From an uncultured Candidatus Saccharibacteria bacterium (GTDB lineage Bacteria; Patescibacteriota; Dojkabacteria; J137): 64,000 bases of DNA. The DNA lies in the NCBI GenBank assembly GCA_964607415.1, contig CAZSKK010000002.1, positions 352,585-416,584 of the forward strand. Reading direction: 5' to 3'. The notes under the pieces are model-generated. The model had not been told where the DNA came from. It did no database searches and saw only the letters and a list, made by a program, of their open reading frames with translations. A program made the position numbers and the translations under genes. Below are positions 17,816-28,712 of this stretch, piece after piece (position 1 is the first letter of the stretch; every line of letters starts with the position of its first letter).

Positions 17816-18663
17816 TGGAAACATTACATATATATACCCCAAACTACAAGAACAGGATAAATATTTTTAAGTCAACAATGATGATGATTAGAAATATTTA
17901 TATATCTAAAGAATTGATTCTTGTGCTTTTTCGAAGAGACTTCTTTGCGATATATAAAAAATCTTTTCTTGGTGTGGCATGGGTTCTAATCTCACCTATA
18001 ATTGGTATTGTTTCGTGGGTTTTTATGAATCAAACTGGAATCTTAAACCCAGGTGATATTGGAATCCCTTATCCAGCATTTGTACTCTTGAGCTCGTCAA
18101 TTTGGGGATTATTTATGGCATTTTACAGCGCATCTGCAAGTACTTTGGGAGCTGGTACGGAATTTATCTTACAGGTTAAGTATCCTCATGAATCGTTGCT
18201 TTTTAAACAAATACTTTTAAATTTTACAAACTTTTTAATAGGTTTCTTATTGAATATTCTAGTACTATTGGCCTTTGGTGTTACCCCTTCTGCTTATATA
18301 CTTTTGCTACCTATTTTAATATTGCCAATGTTTTTTTTGGCTGCCAGCCTAGGTTTAGTTATAAGCATGATTTCTATAGTTTCATCTGACATTACGGGTA
18401 TTTTCAATATAGTTTTTAACTTTACTTTTTACCTGACTCCAATAATATATATTTCCAATACAAAAAGTCAGTTATTGCAAAACGTAAATAAATATAATCC
18501 TTTAACTTACTTAGTAGGCAATGTTAGAGATCTAATCCTATTTGGGAAAATGGATAACTTTGAAATATTTCTATCACTAGGCTTGGTATCATTTTTATTA
18601 TTTATAATTTCATGGAGGCTATTCTTTGTATCAGAAGATAGGCTTATTGAAAAAATGATTTAA
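17812..18663 (+). CDS. ABC-2 type polysaccharide export permease (Wzm/TagG/KpsM-like)
   Basis: Six predicted TM helices. N-terminal LFRRDFFAIYKKSFLGVAWVLISP matches the ABC-2 permease signature. ATGA overlap with the upstream stop. The true start may instead be the internal MMMIRN (17878). Confidence 0.7.
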   Translation: MMETLHIYTPNYKNRINIFKSTMMMIRNIYISKELILVLFRRDFFAIYKKSFLGVAWVLISPIIGIVSWVFMNQTGILNPGDIGIPYPAFVLLSSSIWGLFMAFYSASASTLGAGTEFILQVKYPHESLLFKQILLNFTNFLIGFLLNILVLLAFGVTPSAYILLLPILILPMFFLAASLGLVISMISIVSSDITGIFNIVFNFTFYLTPIIYISNTKSQLLQNVNKYNPLTYLVGNVRDLILFGKMDNFEIFLSLGLVSFLLFIISWRLFFVSEDRLIEKMI

Positions 18664-18664
18664 C

Positions 18665-19933
18665 ATGGAGGACGCAGAAGTAATAATAAAAGTTGAAAAT
18701 CTTCATAAAAAATTCTGTAAGAGCTTGAAAAGAAGCATGGCTTATGGAACATTAGACCTTGCTAAAAGCTTTTTAGGTTTAAATTTAAATCAAGAGAGGC
18801 TAAGAAAGAGCGAATTCTGGTCCTTAAACGATATTAGTTTCGAGCTTAAAAAAGGCGAAACTCTTGGAATAATAGGTTCAAATGGTTCAGGTAAATCTAC
18901 ACTATTAAGGCTTATTTCAGGCATATTTCCGCCTGATAAAGGTAAAATTACTGTTAAAGGAAAAATAGGCTCTTTGATTGCGGTAGGAGCTGGTTTCCAT
19001 CCACATCTTTCAGGAAGAGAGAACGTTTATTTAAATGGAACTATTTTAGGCATGACTAAAAAAGAGATAGATTCTAAGTTTGAAGAAATAGTTAAATTTG
19101 CGGATATTGGAGATTTTTTGGATGCACCATTATCAACTTATTCTTCAGGAATGAGGGTTAGGCTTGGATTTGCTATAGCAGTTTTTTGCCAACCAGATAT
19201 TCTTTTAATTGATGAAATTTTAAGTGTAGGGGATTTATCGTTTAGAAATAAAAGCTTAAGAAAGCTAAATGAAGTTAGGCAGAACTCTAAAGGTATCATT
19301 TTTGTGAGCCATAATCTTGAACAAGTTAGATCATTATGCACAAGGGTAATAATTTTGGAAAAAGGCAAGATTTTGTATGATGGAGAAACACAACAGGGAT
19401 GCATAATGTATGAAGAAATGTCGCGAGAAAAAAGAGTACAAGTTTTACAGGACGAGCCAGTAACAATTTCAGACAGTAAGTATTTGGGAAGACAAAGTTC
19501 TGATGAGATAAGTTTTTCAAACATTGGTATTTTCAATCAAAATGGCATCGAGGTTGATGAAATTAAATTAGATGACAAGCTTACTATTGGCGCAGAGTTT
19601 GAAATAAATAAGCAAATAGAAGGAATGTTTTTTTCTGTAGGTATTTTGAATGAAGAATACAAACCGTGTATTTGGGTCATGAGCAATGATATAGATAAGA
19701 AAATATACGAAGAGATTAAACCAGGTAAATATAGTTTAAAGGTAGAGATTGACGAACCTCACTTAGCTCCTGGAGTTTATATACCAAACATTGCCATTAG
19801 AAACAGTTTGACAGCTGAGACTTATGAGAGAATTTTACCAAATAAGTCATTTAGAGTTCTTTCAGATGGTAAAACATTTGAAAGAGGCTTCATTTACGTA
19901 AGAGAAAAATGGAATCTGGAAAAAATAAACTAA
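18665..19933 (+). CDS. ABC transporter ATP-binding protein (Wzt/TagH-like) with a C-terminal carbohydrate-binding-like extension
   Basis: Walker A GSNGSGKST, ABC signature LSTYSSGMRVRLGFA, Walker B ILLIDEILSVGD. An extra C-terminal domain of about 150 aa is seen in O-antigen Wzt proteins. Confidence 0.8.
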   Translation: MEDAEVIIKVENLHKKFCKSLKRSMAYGTLDLAKSFLGLNLNQERLRKSEFWSLNDISFELKKGETLGIIGSNGSGKSTLLRLISGIFPPDKGKITVKGKIGSLIAVGAGFHPHLSGRENVYLNGTILGMTKKEIDSKFEEIVKFADIGDFLDAPLSTYSSGMRVRLGFAIAVFCQPDILLIDEILSVGDLSFRNKSLRKLNEVRQNSKGIIFVSHNLEQVRSLCTRVIILEKGKILYDGETQQGCIMYEEMSREKRVQVLQDEPVTISDSKYLGRQSSDEISFSNIGIFNQNGIEVDEIKLDDKLTIGAEFEINKQIEGMFFSVGILNEEYKPCIWVMSNDIDKKIYEEIKPGKYSLKVEIDEPHLAPGVYIPNIAIRNSLTAETYERILPNKSFRVLSDGKTFERGFIYVREKWNLEKIN

Positions 19934-20730
19934 AAACGAAAATAAATCAAAAAGTATATGAGTACTATTTAGCATATTACAGAGATGCTCAAGGCCATAA
20001 GGACTACGAACAAAGAATACAAGGTAGAATAAATGAAGACATAACTTTTAAAGATTCTATTGAAAGATATAAGGACATGATCCCATTTTTTTATGAAGAA
20101 AAAGTTGATCAGAAAATACTTATAGATGGAGCAGGCACAGGTCAAGAATTAGTAAATTTTCATCAAATGGGGTACGAGACACATGCTATAGAGCCGTTCG
20201 AACCTGCAATAGAAATACTAAATTTGAAAGCGGAGTATTATAATATTCCAAAAGAAAGGATAAAAAAAGCATTTGCAGAAAGTCTGCCTTATAAAAATAA
20301 TTTTTTCGATATGGTTTGGTGCTGGACAGTACTTGAGCATGTGAAAGATTATGATAAATCAATAAGAGAAATCCTAAGAGTTTTAAAACCAGGAGGATGG
20401 GCTTTCATGGTTATGCCAGACTATAGACAAATATTTGAACCTCATTATAGAGTCTATTTCCCTATGTTTTTGCCAAGGTTTATTTTTAAAATTTATTTAA
20501 AAATAATAGGTAGGCCGTCAAGATTTTTTCAAGAAGATGTAAACAGTATAAATAGTTTAAAAGTACTCAATATTTTGCAATCAGAAAATGTCATTTCAAT
20601 GCAGTTACATAACAATTGGTCTGATGAGTGGCTGAATCATAGGACTAAAGGTATGTCTGCAATTTATTATTTTTATAAATTGACAGGAATTCCAAGAGAC
20701 CAAATTTGGTTAATTAAAAAAAAACATTAA
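19909..20730 (+). CDS. Class I SAM-dependent methyltransferase
   Basis: Motif I LIDGAGTGQEL; post-motif II VWCWTVLEHV; LKPGGWAFMV. Confidence 0.65.
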   Translation: MESGKNKLKTKINQKVYEYYLAYYRDAQGHKDYEQRIQGRINEDITFKDSIERYKDMIPFFYEEKVDQKILIDGAGTGQELVNFHQMGYETHAIEPFEPAIEILNLKAEYYNIPKERIKKAFAESLPYKNNFFDMVWCWTVLEHVKDYDKSIREILRVLKPGGWAFMVMPDYRQIFEPHYRVYFPMFLPRFIFKIYLKIIGRPSRFFQEDVNSINSLKVLNILQSENVISMQLHNNWSDEWLNHRTKGMSAIYYFYKLTGIPRDQIWLIKKKH

Positions 20731-20750
20731 TATATTAATAATTAAATTTT

Positions 20751-21392
20751 ATGGGAGAAAAGAAAAAAAAATTTGAATACGGTTTTTACCACGATAGTTT
20801 GACAGAGTGCTATAAAAAATTTGGCGGAATTTTCGAACAGCCGATAATTCAGGATCACAATGAGGAGGCGATTTCATACTATTCGAGGGGGAACATCTTA
20901 GATATTGGAGCTGGTAAAGAGCAGCCATTTGTGTCTTTTGCAAAAGCAAAATTAAAAGATGGAAAATACTATACTCTTGATAATGATCCACACGGGAAAT
21001 TTGACTTCCAATCGTTTGACGAAATACCCAAGAATCTTAAATTTAATCTGATAGTAGCTAATCAGCTTTTTGAGCATCTAGACGTAGAAGAGGCAATGGA
21101 ATTTATTGTTAATATTGAGAATGTTCTAGAAAAAGGTGGTATTATTTGCGCTACTGTTCCAAACATTGCACACCCAAATAGACAAATTTCTAACATAACT
21201 CACAAAACTGCATGGGGATATAATAGCTTTTATATGCTTTTTAGATATACACACCTTGAAGTTTTAAAGTATGCACGTTATTCTAAACGCTATCCAAAAG
21301 GATTAATTGAAAAATTTCTTGCAAAACAGATGCAAAACATCTATAGAATTGATTGGGCAGATAGTCTAATGGTAATTGCAAAGAAAAACTAA
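20751..21392 (+). CDS. Class I SAM-dependent methyltransferase (putative)
   Basis: ILDIGAGKEQ (motif I); ANQLFEHLDVEEA ... LEKGGIICATVP. Confidence 0.55.
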   Translation: MGEKKKKFEYGFYHDSLTECYKKFGGIFEQPIIQDHNEEAISYYSRGNILDIGAGKEQPFVSFAKAKLKDGKYYTLDNDPHGKFDFQSFDEIPKNLKFNLIVANQLFEHLDVEEAMEFIVNIENVLEKGGIICATVPNIAHPNRQISNITHKTAWGYNSFYMLFRYTHLEVLKYARYSKRYPKGLIEKFLAKQMQNIYRIDWADSLMVIAKKN

Positions 21393-22233
21393 TTATATGG
21401 AACTTTTTAAGGAAGAGAATTTTACAATTTTTAACCAAAATATTGAATGTTTAGTTAGAATTAATAAAAATTCTAATCCTATTGTGCCTAGATTAGTAAT
21501 CCCTTCCAAGCTTCTAAATGGAAAATCAGTTGAGCTTTTAAGATTGTGCATCCAAACTATTCGTAAATATACAAAACAATACGAACTCTGGATTGTGGAT
21601 AATAATTCACCAGAAGAATATGTAAGTGAATTTTTAGACTTACAAGATATTAACTTTGTTTTAATTAAAACAAATATTTTAGGCGGTGGAAGTTACGAAA
21701 ATGCTGTTGCTCTGGAAATAGCTGCAGAATTGATAGCTAAAGATACAAAGCATCTGATGACATTGCATCAAGATATTGTAGTTTGTAAAGACGGTTGGTT
21801 AGAGGACATGACTTCAAGAATAAAAGGAAATGTAAAAGCAGTAGGAGTAAGGGAGGATAAAGTTAGGGTAAAAGAAGGAATACTGCATGTTTTAGGCTAC
21901 GTTATTGATTTCCAGCTTTTTAAGGAATTACAGCTCTCATTTAAACCTGAGCTACCGAATTTTGATGTTGGGGACAGAGTTATATATGACTTTAAGGAAA
22001 AAGGCTTTGAGTATTTTGCTTACGCTAATACTATCTGGAATGCTGAGCTAGTTAATAAAATGCCTGCTTCCTCTCCTTTCAAAAAAATTAATGTGGACAG
22101 GGCTATAGATGACGAAGATGATGTATTTTTTATGCACTTGGGAAGGGGTGTCTTGAAATCACAAGGACAAATCGCTAATGAGGATAAAGGTATTGATTTA
22201 TGGATTAAATTCGTGAATAAGTACATACTTTAG
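21376..22233 (+). CDS. Hypothetical protein, possibly a nucleotide-diphospho-sugar transferase fold
   Basis: A WIVDNNSPEEY segment resembles GT2 DxDD/S regions. Otherwise unassignable. Confidence 0.3.
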   Translation: MQRKTNYMELFKEENFTIFNQNIECLVRINKNSNPIVPRLVIPSKLLNGKSVELLRLCIQTIRKYTKQYELWIVDNNSPEEYVSEFLDLQDINFVLIKTNILGGGSYENAVALEIAAELIAKDTKHLMTLHQDIVVCKDGWLEDMTSRIKGNVKAVGVREDKVRVKEGILHVLGYVIDFQLFKELQLSFKPELPNFDVGDRVIYDFKEKGFEYFAYANTIWNAELVNKMPASSPFKKINVDRAIDDEDDVFFMHLGRGVLKSQGQIANEDKGIDLWIKFVNKYIL

Positions 22234-22321
22234 CTTAGGCATTGCTAGTTTGATTGTATGATTCATGTTTAGAAAGTTCGCCACTTAAGTAAATTTATAC
22301 CTATAATATATAAGCTATTAT

Positions 22322-23047
22322 TTGGATACAGATATGTATAAGTTAAATAACCCACTGGAGGCTAATCTAAGATTAAAAAAGGATATTTGGTACTCCTTAA
22401 GACGTTACTACGTAGATCTATTTATGATTGAGCAAATATCAAGAGTAAAGACTGGTTCTAAGGTATTGGATATTGGAGGAATGAAAAGTAATAAAAGAGG
22501 TAGTTTTGATATTGGTGAATACGATGTTAAAACTGAATACTTGAATATTTCCGAAAAGGCAAAGCCAGATTATCTAGCAGACGCAAAAAATATTCCAGTA
22601 GAGAATAACACCTTTGATGCCGCAATTCTTACTGAAGTATTGGAGCATGTTGATGATCCAAAAGAGGTATTAAGGGAAGCATTTAGAATTCTAAAACCAG
22701 AAGGTAAACTAATAATAACTGTACCTTTTTTATTTCCGATTCATGCTGATCCATATGACTATGCTAGATACACTGATTATTGGTTTGATAAAAATCTTGG
22801 TGAAATTGGATTTAAAAATATTGTAATTACAAAGCAAGGATATTTTTATTCAGTAATCGCAAACTTTATAAAACAGTGGGTATATTCGAGAACACCATCT
22901 ACAAAAAATAGATTTAAGAAGTATGTTCAGTTAAAATTTGCGTTTTGGTTACAGAACAAGGCTTTAAAAATGGATACAAAGATAAAAAGTGATGATAAGC
23001 TAATTACATCTTACACTACGGGTTTAGGTATTATTTGTAATAAATAA
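22322..23047 (+). CDS. Class I SAM-dependent methyltransferase
   Basis: VLDIGGM (motif I); AAILTEVLEHVDDPKEVLREAFRILKPEGKLIITVP. Confidence 0.65.
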   Translation: MDTDMYKLNNPLEANLRLKKDIWYSLRRYYVDLFMIEQISRVKTGSKVLDIGGMKSNKRGSFDIGEYDVKTEYLNISEKAKPDYLADAKNIPVENNTFDAAILTEVLEHVDDPKEVLREAFRILKPEGKLIITVPFLFPIHADPYDYARYTDYWFDKNLGEIGFKNIVITKQGYFYSVIANFIKQWVYSRTPSTKNRFKKYVQLKFAFWLQNKALKMDTKIKSDDKLITSYTTGLGIICNK

Positions 23048-23050
23048 ATT

Positions 23051-23782
23051 ATGGGAAATTTAAATATAAGTAAGATTTTAAAAAAAGATTTAACACTCGA
23101 GCAAAAACAAAGAGAGATAGATCAATTGCTGGATGAAAGATTCCAAAAAGTAAACACAATGTTCAATATGATTGATTTCAAAAAATTGTATGGACAAAAA
23201 AAAGAAGTGAAAATTGTGGATCTTGGCTGCATGGATGGTAGCTTGCTTTTAAGCATCGCCAATCACTATCCTGGGACTGAATTATACGGCCTAGAGCATG
23301 ATTATGATGAATATAAAGATTCGTATAGCTATTTGAAAAAAAATTCTAATATAAAAATTATAGAAGGTAGCTGGTACGATAAAAACATTTTCAAAAATAC
23401 ACTTTTTGATATAGTCCTATTAGTTGATGCATGGCCTTATCCCGAAAATTATGCAAAAAGATTTGAAGAATACAAATCATGGAATCAGAAAAATTATAAC
23501 GAGAATAAAAAAATCTCAAAATCTAATCTTCCTTGGCAGTATAAAGTATTCAATAAAGATTACTCTATAAAAGAACTGGAACTTTTTGCAAACTTCGTGA
23601 AATCTGGTGGGTTTTTAATTATCCATTCTTGGAGAGAAGTAAGCATAGTTAGGGAGAGAAACTTAAAAGACTTTTTTAAGTACAAAGTTATGCAAAAGCC
23701 AAACTTAGGAATTGAAGTAAAAGATTTCAAAAAACTACAAGTGTTTTCTCATAAAAAAAATATTTTGATTCTTAAAAAATGA
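23051..23782 (+). CDS. Putative SAM-dependent methyltransferase
   Basis: KIVDLGCMDGSLL (motif I-like); FDIVLLVDAW; VKSGGFLIIHSW. Confidence 0.4.
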   Translation: MGNLNISKILKKDLTLEQKQREIDQLLDERFQKVNTMFNMIDFKKLYGQKKEVKIVDLGCMDGSLLLSIANHYPGTELYGLEHDYDEYKDSYSYLKKNSNIKIIEGSWYDKNIFKNTLFDIVLLVDAWPYPENYAKRFEEYKSWNQKNYNENKKISKSNLPWQYKVFNKDYSIKELELFANFVKSGGFLIIHSWREVSIVRERNLKDFFKYKVMQKPNLGIEVKDFKKLQVFSHKKNILILKK

Positions 23783-24798
23783 TTTTTAAAAAGACAAATA
23801 CAATTAAATATATAGTTGACGACGCGGATTGGGTAATAAAAAGTGAAGGGGAGTATATTACTAAGTATTTGAAACAAATCTATAATTTAAATATAGAAAT
23901 AGCCAAGAAGATTGACTTTAAAAAATCAATACTTCACTTTGGAACCAGCTGGCCCTATATAAGTGGGGCTTACAAAGAAATCGACAAGTCAAATAAGGTG
24001 ATTTTAACATGGTATCACGTTGCACCTGAACAACTTGAAATTAAAGATAAGATTCCAGAAATTATAAAAAATGTTGATTTTGTTCATACAGCAAGCAGTA
24101 CAGAGTTTAAGCAATTGGCCAAACTAGGGATACCTAAAGAAAAAATAAAAGTAGTTCCTATTGGGATTGAATTGAAATACTTTAAAGTGCTTACAAATGA
24201 CGAAAAAGAACAAAAAAAGACAAAACTAGGTATTCCTAATTCCGCTATTATTATTGGCTCGTTTCAGAAAGATGGGAATGGTTGGAGGGAAGGCAACGAA
24301 CCAAAGCTAATAAAGGGACCTGACATTTTCTGTGATACTGTTGAGATTTTAGCAAAAAATTATAATATTTTTGTAATTTTATCTGGCCCTGCTAGGGGTT
24401 ATGTAAAAAATAGGCTTACTGAGGCTAATATACCGTTTAAGCATTTTCTTTTTGAAAGGCCAGAAGATGCATGGCAATTATTTAATATTTTAGATTTATA
24501 CATTATTTCATCAAGAGAAGAGGGCGGACCTAAAGCTATAACCGAGTCTATGGCTAGTGGGGTAGCATTAGTCAGTACTCCTGTTGGAATGGCACCTGAT
24601 GTTATTGTTAGTAATGTGAATGGGATAATGATCGATACTTTTGATGCTAAAGATCTTGCAAGAGCAGCAAAAAGTATCATCGACAACAAAAAAATTAGAG
24701 AAACAATTATTGCAAATGGTATAAAAACCGCTGAAGATTACTCTTGGGATAAGATAGCTAAACAATATTTTGAAAAAATTTATTCAAAACTAGTATGA
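23779..24798 (+). CDS. Glycosyltransferase family 4 (GT-B)
   Basis: C-terminal EGGPKAITESMASGVALVSTPVGMAPDVI (E-x7-E motif region). Confidence 0.7.
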   Translation: MIFKKTNTIKYIVDDADWVIKSEGEYITKYLKQIYNLNIEIAKKIDFKKSILHFGTSWPYISGAYKEIDKSNKVILTWYHVAPEQLEIKDKIPEIIKNVDFVHTASSTEFKQLAKLGIPKEKIKVVPIGIELKYFKVLTNDEKEQKKTKLGIPNSAIIIGSFQKDGNGWREGNEPKLIKGPDIFCDTVEILAKNYNIFVILSGPARGYVKNRLTEANIPFKHFLFERPEDAWQLFNILDLYIISSREEGGPKAITESMASGVALVSTPVGMAPDVIVSNVNGIMIDTFDAKDLARAAKSIIDNKKIRETIIANGIKTAEDYSWDKIAKQYFEKIYSKLV

Positions 24799-25694
24799 AA
24801 ATATTTATAAATTTTGAGCCAAAAAATGGTCCTTGGGGAGGCGGAAATCAATTTATAAAAGCTTTAAAAAATCAGTTTTTAAAGGAAGGGATCTATACCG
24901 ATAAACCAGCTGAAGCCGATGTGATTCTTTTCAACAGTCACCACAACTTAGATGAGGTAGTAGATTTAAAAACGAAATATCCTAACAAACTGTTTTTGCA
25001 TAGAATCGATGGACCGATACAAATAGTAAGAGAAGTAAATGATGGAGTAGATGCTCAGATATTTGAAGCAAATAATAGAATCGCTGATATTACCATATTT
25101 CAATCTTATTGGAGTTTTAAGCAGACAATTATGCTTGGCTTTATTCCAAAGAACCCAAACATAATTTCAAATGCATCAAATCCAGATATATTTAATATTT
25201 CAGAAAGGATAAATTACGATGGTAGTTCTAAGTTTAAGATAATTTCAACTAGTTGGTCTAGCAACCCCAAAAAAGGTGGGAGTGTTTATAAGTGGCTTGA
25301 TGATAATCTTGATTTTACTCAATATGAATATACTTTTTTAGGCAATACAGATCAAAATTTTACAAATATTAAAAAATTAGATCCGTTAGATTCTAGCGGA
25401 GTGGCTAGTTTATTGAAGGAATCAGATATTTTTATTACTGCAAGTAAGGATGATCCTTGTTCTAATTCACTGATCGAAGCTTTATCTTGTGGACTACCAG
25501 CAATTTATGCAGAAAGTGGAGGACATCCTGAAATTGTAAAAGCAGCGGGTCTAGGATTCTATGATCAGAAAGAAATTATAGAAAACTTATTGAATATTAA
25601 AAAGAATTATACTATGTTTCAATCACTAATATCTGTTCCTAGTATTGATGAAATTTCAAAAGAATATGTAAATTTTGCAAAAAAGTTTTTATAA
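24795..25694 (+). CDS. GT4-like glycosyltransferase
   Basis: C-terminal CSNSLIEALSCGLPAIYAESGGHPEIV resembles the GT-B C-terminal nucleotide-sugar binding region. Confidence 0.55.
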   Translation: MKIFINFEPKNGPWGGGNQFIKALKNQFLKEGIYTDKPAEADVILFNSHHNLDEVVDLKTKYPNKLFLHRIDGPIQIVREVNDGVDAQIFEANNRIADITIFQSYWSFKQTIMLGFIPKNPNIISNASNPDIFNISERINYDGSSKFKIISTSWSSNPKKGGSVYKWLDDNLDFTQYEYTFLGNTDQNFTNIKKLDPLDSSGVASLLKESDIFITASKDDPCSNSLIEALSCGLPAIYAESGGHPEIVKAAGLGFYDQKEIIENLLNIKKNYTMFQSLISVPSIDEISKEYVNFAKKFL

Positions 25695-25744
25695 AATGTA
25701 TGAATATTTACTTTGCTTAGTATTATCCAACTAGAATCTCTTAA

Positions 25745-26977
25745 ATGATAAAAAGTAAACTTGCAAAAGATACAATAATCAGTTTTACAGGTATAAATAT
25801 TGCGTACATAATTAGCTATGTTCTCTTCATTTTCTTGATTAAGTTGGATAAAAATTTATTTAATGATTATACCTTTATTACAAGTATATTCATGCTTGCT
25901 ATTGTCCCATGTAACGTACTTCAGCGAATTTTCACCATCGAAGGAGAAGGAATTTTGGGCTATTTCAAGAAACGGTATAAATCGTTAAGATCATTAGCTG
26001 CTATTATACTAGCCGGCATATTGGTGCTTGTAGTCTTTAACTTGCTGGTAGGGGTTAAATATGGCTTTTTTTCTTCAATTATTTTCTTTTTAATTGTACT
26101 AGTAGCAATAGTAACGGGAATATTGCGTGGGATAAATCAGAATTTAGGCAACTTTACTAATACAACTCTTTCGGTCTTAATTGAAGCGAGCATAAGAACA
26201 GGCTTAGGACTTATTTTAGGCTATACGCTTGGATTAGGAATAAATGGAATTTTAGTCAGCATTGTTATTGGATATTTTTTAGCAGGAATAGTTTCATATT
26301 TCAATATTAGAAAGAAAGTTAATAAGCAAGTAGGCCACTTTCAAATAAAAGCCTTGAAGTCAAAAATTACAAGCGGCATAATATTTGGATTGGTTTTAGA
26401 ACTATTTGCTAATTTTGATATCTTATTTTCAAACTATTATTTTAGTAAAGAGAATAATGTTCTTACTGAGCTGAACACACTTCAATTTTTTAGAAAAACT
26501 ATTTTCTTTGCAATTTTTGCCATCAATGGTGTAGTTTTATACCTTGCATCAAGCTCAAAGTATAGTAAAAAATTTTCCTTAAGTTTTTCATTCATTGTAA
26601 GTTTTATCTTAAGCATGCTTATGGCTTTTACTTTTTATTTATTCAAAGGCTCTATTCTAGAGTTTCTGGGATCTTCTACTGAAGACATTCCCAATACTTT
26701 CTTATTTTTGTTTCTACTTGGAAGCACTTTGGTTACAACAAATTTCATAATTGCAACCTGGACTTTTGCTAATGCTAACAGTAGATTTACTCTTCTCGTT
26801 TCGATGTTCAGCTTAGTTCAAATTGCATTTTTTATTACACTAACATTAGATATTGAAAGTTTTATTAATATATTTCTTTTAACCAATTTAGCCCTATTTA
26901 TTGTGGTAAGTTTTGTATCCTTTTCAATATCAGAGGTGATAAAATTAAAAACTATTAAATTATTCTTTACAAAATGA
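25745..26977 (+). CDS. Polytopic membrane protein, probably a polysaccharide flippase (MOP/Wzx-like)
   Basis: About 12 predicted TM helices in 410 aa. The N-terminal organisation resembles Wzx-type proteins. No priming-GT DDxxD motif. Confidence 0.4.
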   Translation: MIKSKLAKDTIISFTGINIAYIISYVLFIFLIKLDKNLFNDYTFITSIFMLAIVPCNVLQRIFTIEGEGILGYFKKRYKSLRSLAAIILAGILVLVVFNLLVGVKYGFFSSIIFFLIVLVAIVTGILRGINQNLGNFTNTTLSVLIEASIRTGLGLILGYTLGLGINGILVSIVIGYFLAGIVSYFNIRKKVNKQVGHFQIKALKSKITSGIIFGLVLELFANFDILFSNYYFSKENNVLTELNTLQFFRKTIFFAIFAINGVVLYLASSSKYSKKFSLSFSFIVSFILSMLMAFTFYLFKGSILEFLGSSTEDIPNTFLFLFLLGSTLVTTNFIIATWTFANANSRFTLLVSMFSLVQIAFFITLTLDIESFINIFLLTNLALFIVVSFVSFSISEVIKLKTIKLFFTK

Positions 26978-27897
26978 GAAAAGATATAAATGTATCTTTT
27001 GTAATTCCTCTATACCGCAGCGAAAAAACAATAGATAAAGTAATTAAAATGATTGCTGATTTAGGTCTAAACGATTGGGAGGCAATTTTAGTTAACGATT
27101 GTTCACCAGATAATGTAGAAAAAACTGTAGAAGCAGTTAAGAATGAGTATGGAGTTAAAATTAAATATTTAAGATTGAGTAAGAATCAAGGGCAACACCA
27201 AGCAATTCTTTTAGGACTTAATTATGTAGAAAAAGATTACGTTATAACAATTGATGACGATGGCCAAAATGAACCAGTGGAAGCAATAAAGCTACTAGAA
27301 AAGCTAATAGCTAATGATTTAGACATAGTTTATGGAAGTTTTAGTAAGAAAAATCACAACTTTTTCAGAAACTTTGTAAGCAATTTAAATCTCTTTATTA
27401 GTAAATATACAATTGGAAACCACAAGCAAATTCCATTGTCCAATGTCAGAGCTATGACCAAAGATCTAGCGTTAACTATCGCCTCAAATTCTAGTGTTAA
27501 GCCGTATATTGATGGTTTAGTTTTTTCCGTTACTTCTAGAATTGATTTAGCAGAGATAGGGCATAAAGAAAGACTAGAAGGAAAATCAGGGTATAACTTT
27601 AAAAAATTAATGAGACTTTGGTTTAATCATTTTATTGGCTACTCAAACTTAGCGTTACAAGTATTTTCAGGCTTTTGTTTTCTGGTTTCATTCGTAGGGT
27701 TTTTAGGTGGAGTTATATATTTTATCCTAACTATAAATAACGAGAGTAGGCCAGAAGGGTGGCTATCTTTATACATGACTTTAACAATACTATTCAGTAT
27801 ACTATTCTTCTTCTTAGGTATATTAGGTGAATATGTTCTCCGAATCTATAATGGAATTTATAAAAGCCAAAAAATATTAATTAGTAAAAAATTTTAG
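26974..27897 (+). CDS. GT2 polyprenyl-phosphate sugar synthase (GtrB/ArnC/DPM1-like) with two C-terminal TM helices
   Basis: VSFVIPLYRSEKTIDKVI...ILVNDCSPDN, then DDDGQN; C-terminal TM pair (ALQVFSGFCFLVSFVGFLGGVIYFIL / LTILFSILFFFLGILG). Confidence 0.7.
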   Translation: MRKDINVSFVIPLYRSEKTIDKVIKMIADLGLNDWEAILVNDCSPDNVEKTVEAVKNEYGVKIKYLRLSKNQGQHQAILLGLNYVEKDYVITIDDDGQNEPVEAIKLLEKLIANDLDIVYGSFSKKNHNFFRNFVSNLNLFISKYTIGNHKQIPLSNVRAMTKDLALTIASNSSVKPYIDGLVFSVTSRIDLAEIGHKERLEGKSGYNFKKLMRLWFNHFIGYSNLALQVFSGFCFLVSFVGFLGGVIYFILTINNESRPEGWLSLYMTLTILFSILFFFLGILGEYVLRIYNGIYKSQKILISKKF

Positions 27898-27899
27898 AA

Positions 27900-28712
27900 A
27901 TGGTTCTTGCAATTAAGCCCACAGAACAAGTAGAAGCTTTACAGGAAGAAATTCTTGAGAAGTTCGCGACTATCAATGTAGACATGTCCAATAAAGAAGT
28001 TGAGACAATTCTTTCGGAATTAAAATCGCAAATACCTGTGGATTTTGAGCCAGAGCCAATTTTTTCTAGAGAAGTGTACTTGAAAAACACAGAAACAGAG
28101 CCACCACGAAAGTTGGAATTTATTAAGCTAGATCCAATTACAGCAGTAAAATACTATGAGGATATTTTTAAGCTAAGTAAAAACCTTAATAAAAATCTTT
28201 ACTCTGAAAGATCACTTGGTGATATTTTCGCATCTTATAAAACATATGGAGATACAACATATCGTCTTGAAAGTCAGTGGGAATACAGTATTGGAATTTT
28301 AGATGAGCAAGGATCTTTAATAGGCTTTGTTCAGGCGAATATAGAAGAAACAAAAAGTACACCAGATAAATTTTTTGAATCGTCTCAGCCTCAATACGTT
28401 TATGTAAGCTTGATTGCTGTAGATGAACATACTTTTGGAGGTGTAGGATTAGGTGCGAATCTGTATTATGCTTTAGCAGATTTAGTTCCGGAGGATTCAA
28501 TTATAAAAGGTGCAACAGCAGCACCATTAGAAAATAAAAGAATTCAAGATTGGTATACTACATTGGGGTTTAAATTAAATGTAGACAGGATTTATGGAAA
28601 AGATCATAAAATGATTCCATTTACTGGAATTCCTGTTGAAATAAAGAAGCGAGTTTTAGATTACTTTAAACGATATAAAAAGAAGTTAGATGAAGAAATT
28701 ACAGAACAATAA
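27900..28712 (+). CDS. Hypothetical protein (possibly GNAT-like)
   Basis: Soluble. The FGGVGLGANLYYAL segment vaguely resembles GNAT motif A. Weak. Confidence 0.3.
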   Translation: MVLAIKPTEQVEALQEEILEKFATINVDMSNKEVETILSELKSQIPVDFEPEPIFSREVYLKNTETEPPRKLEFIKLDPITAVKYYEDIFKLSKNLNKNLYSERSLGDIFASYKTYGDTTYRLESQWEYSIGILDEQGSLIGFVQANIEETKSTPDKFFESSQPQYVYVSLIAVDEHTFGGVGLGANLYYALADLVPEDSIIKGATAAPLENKRIQDWYTTLGFKLNVDRIYGKDHKMIPFTGIPVEIKKRVLDYFKRYKKKLDEEITEQ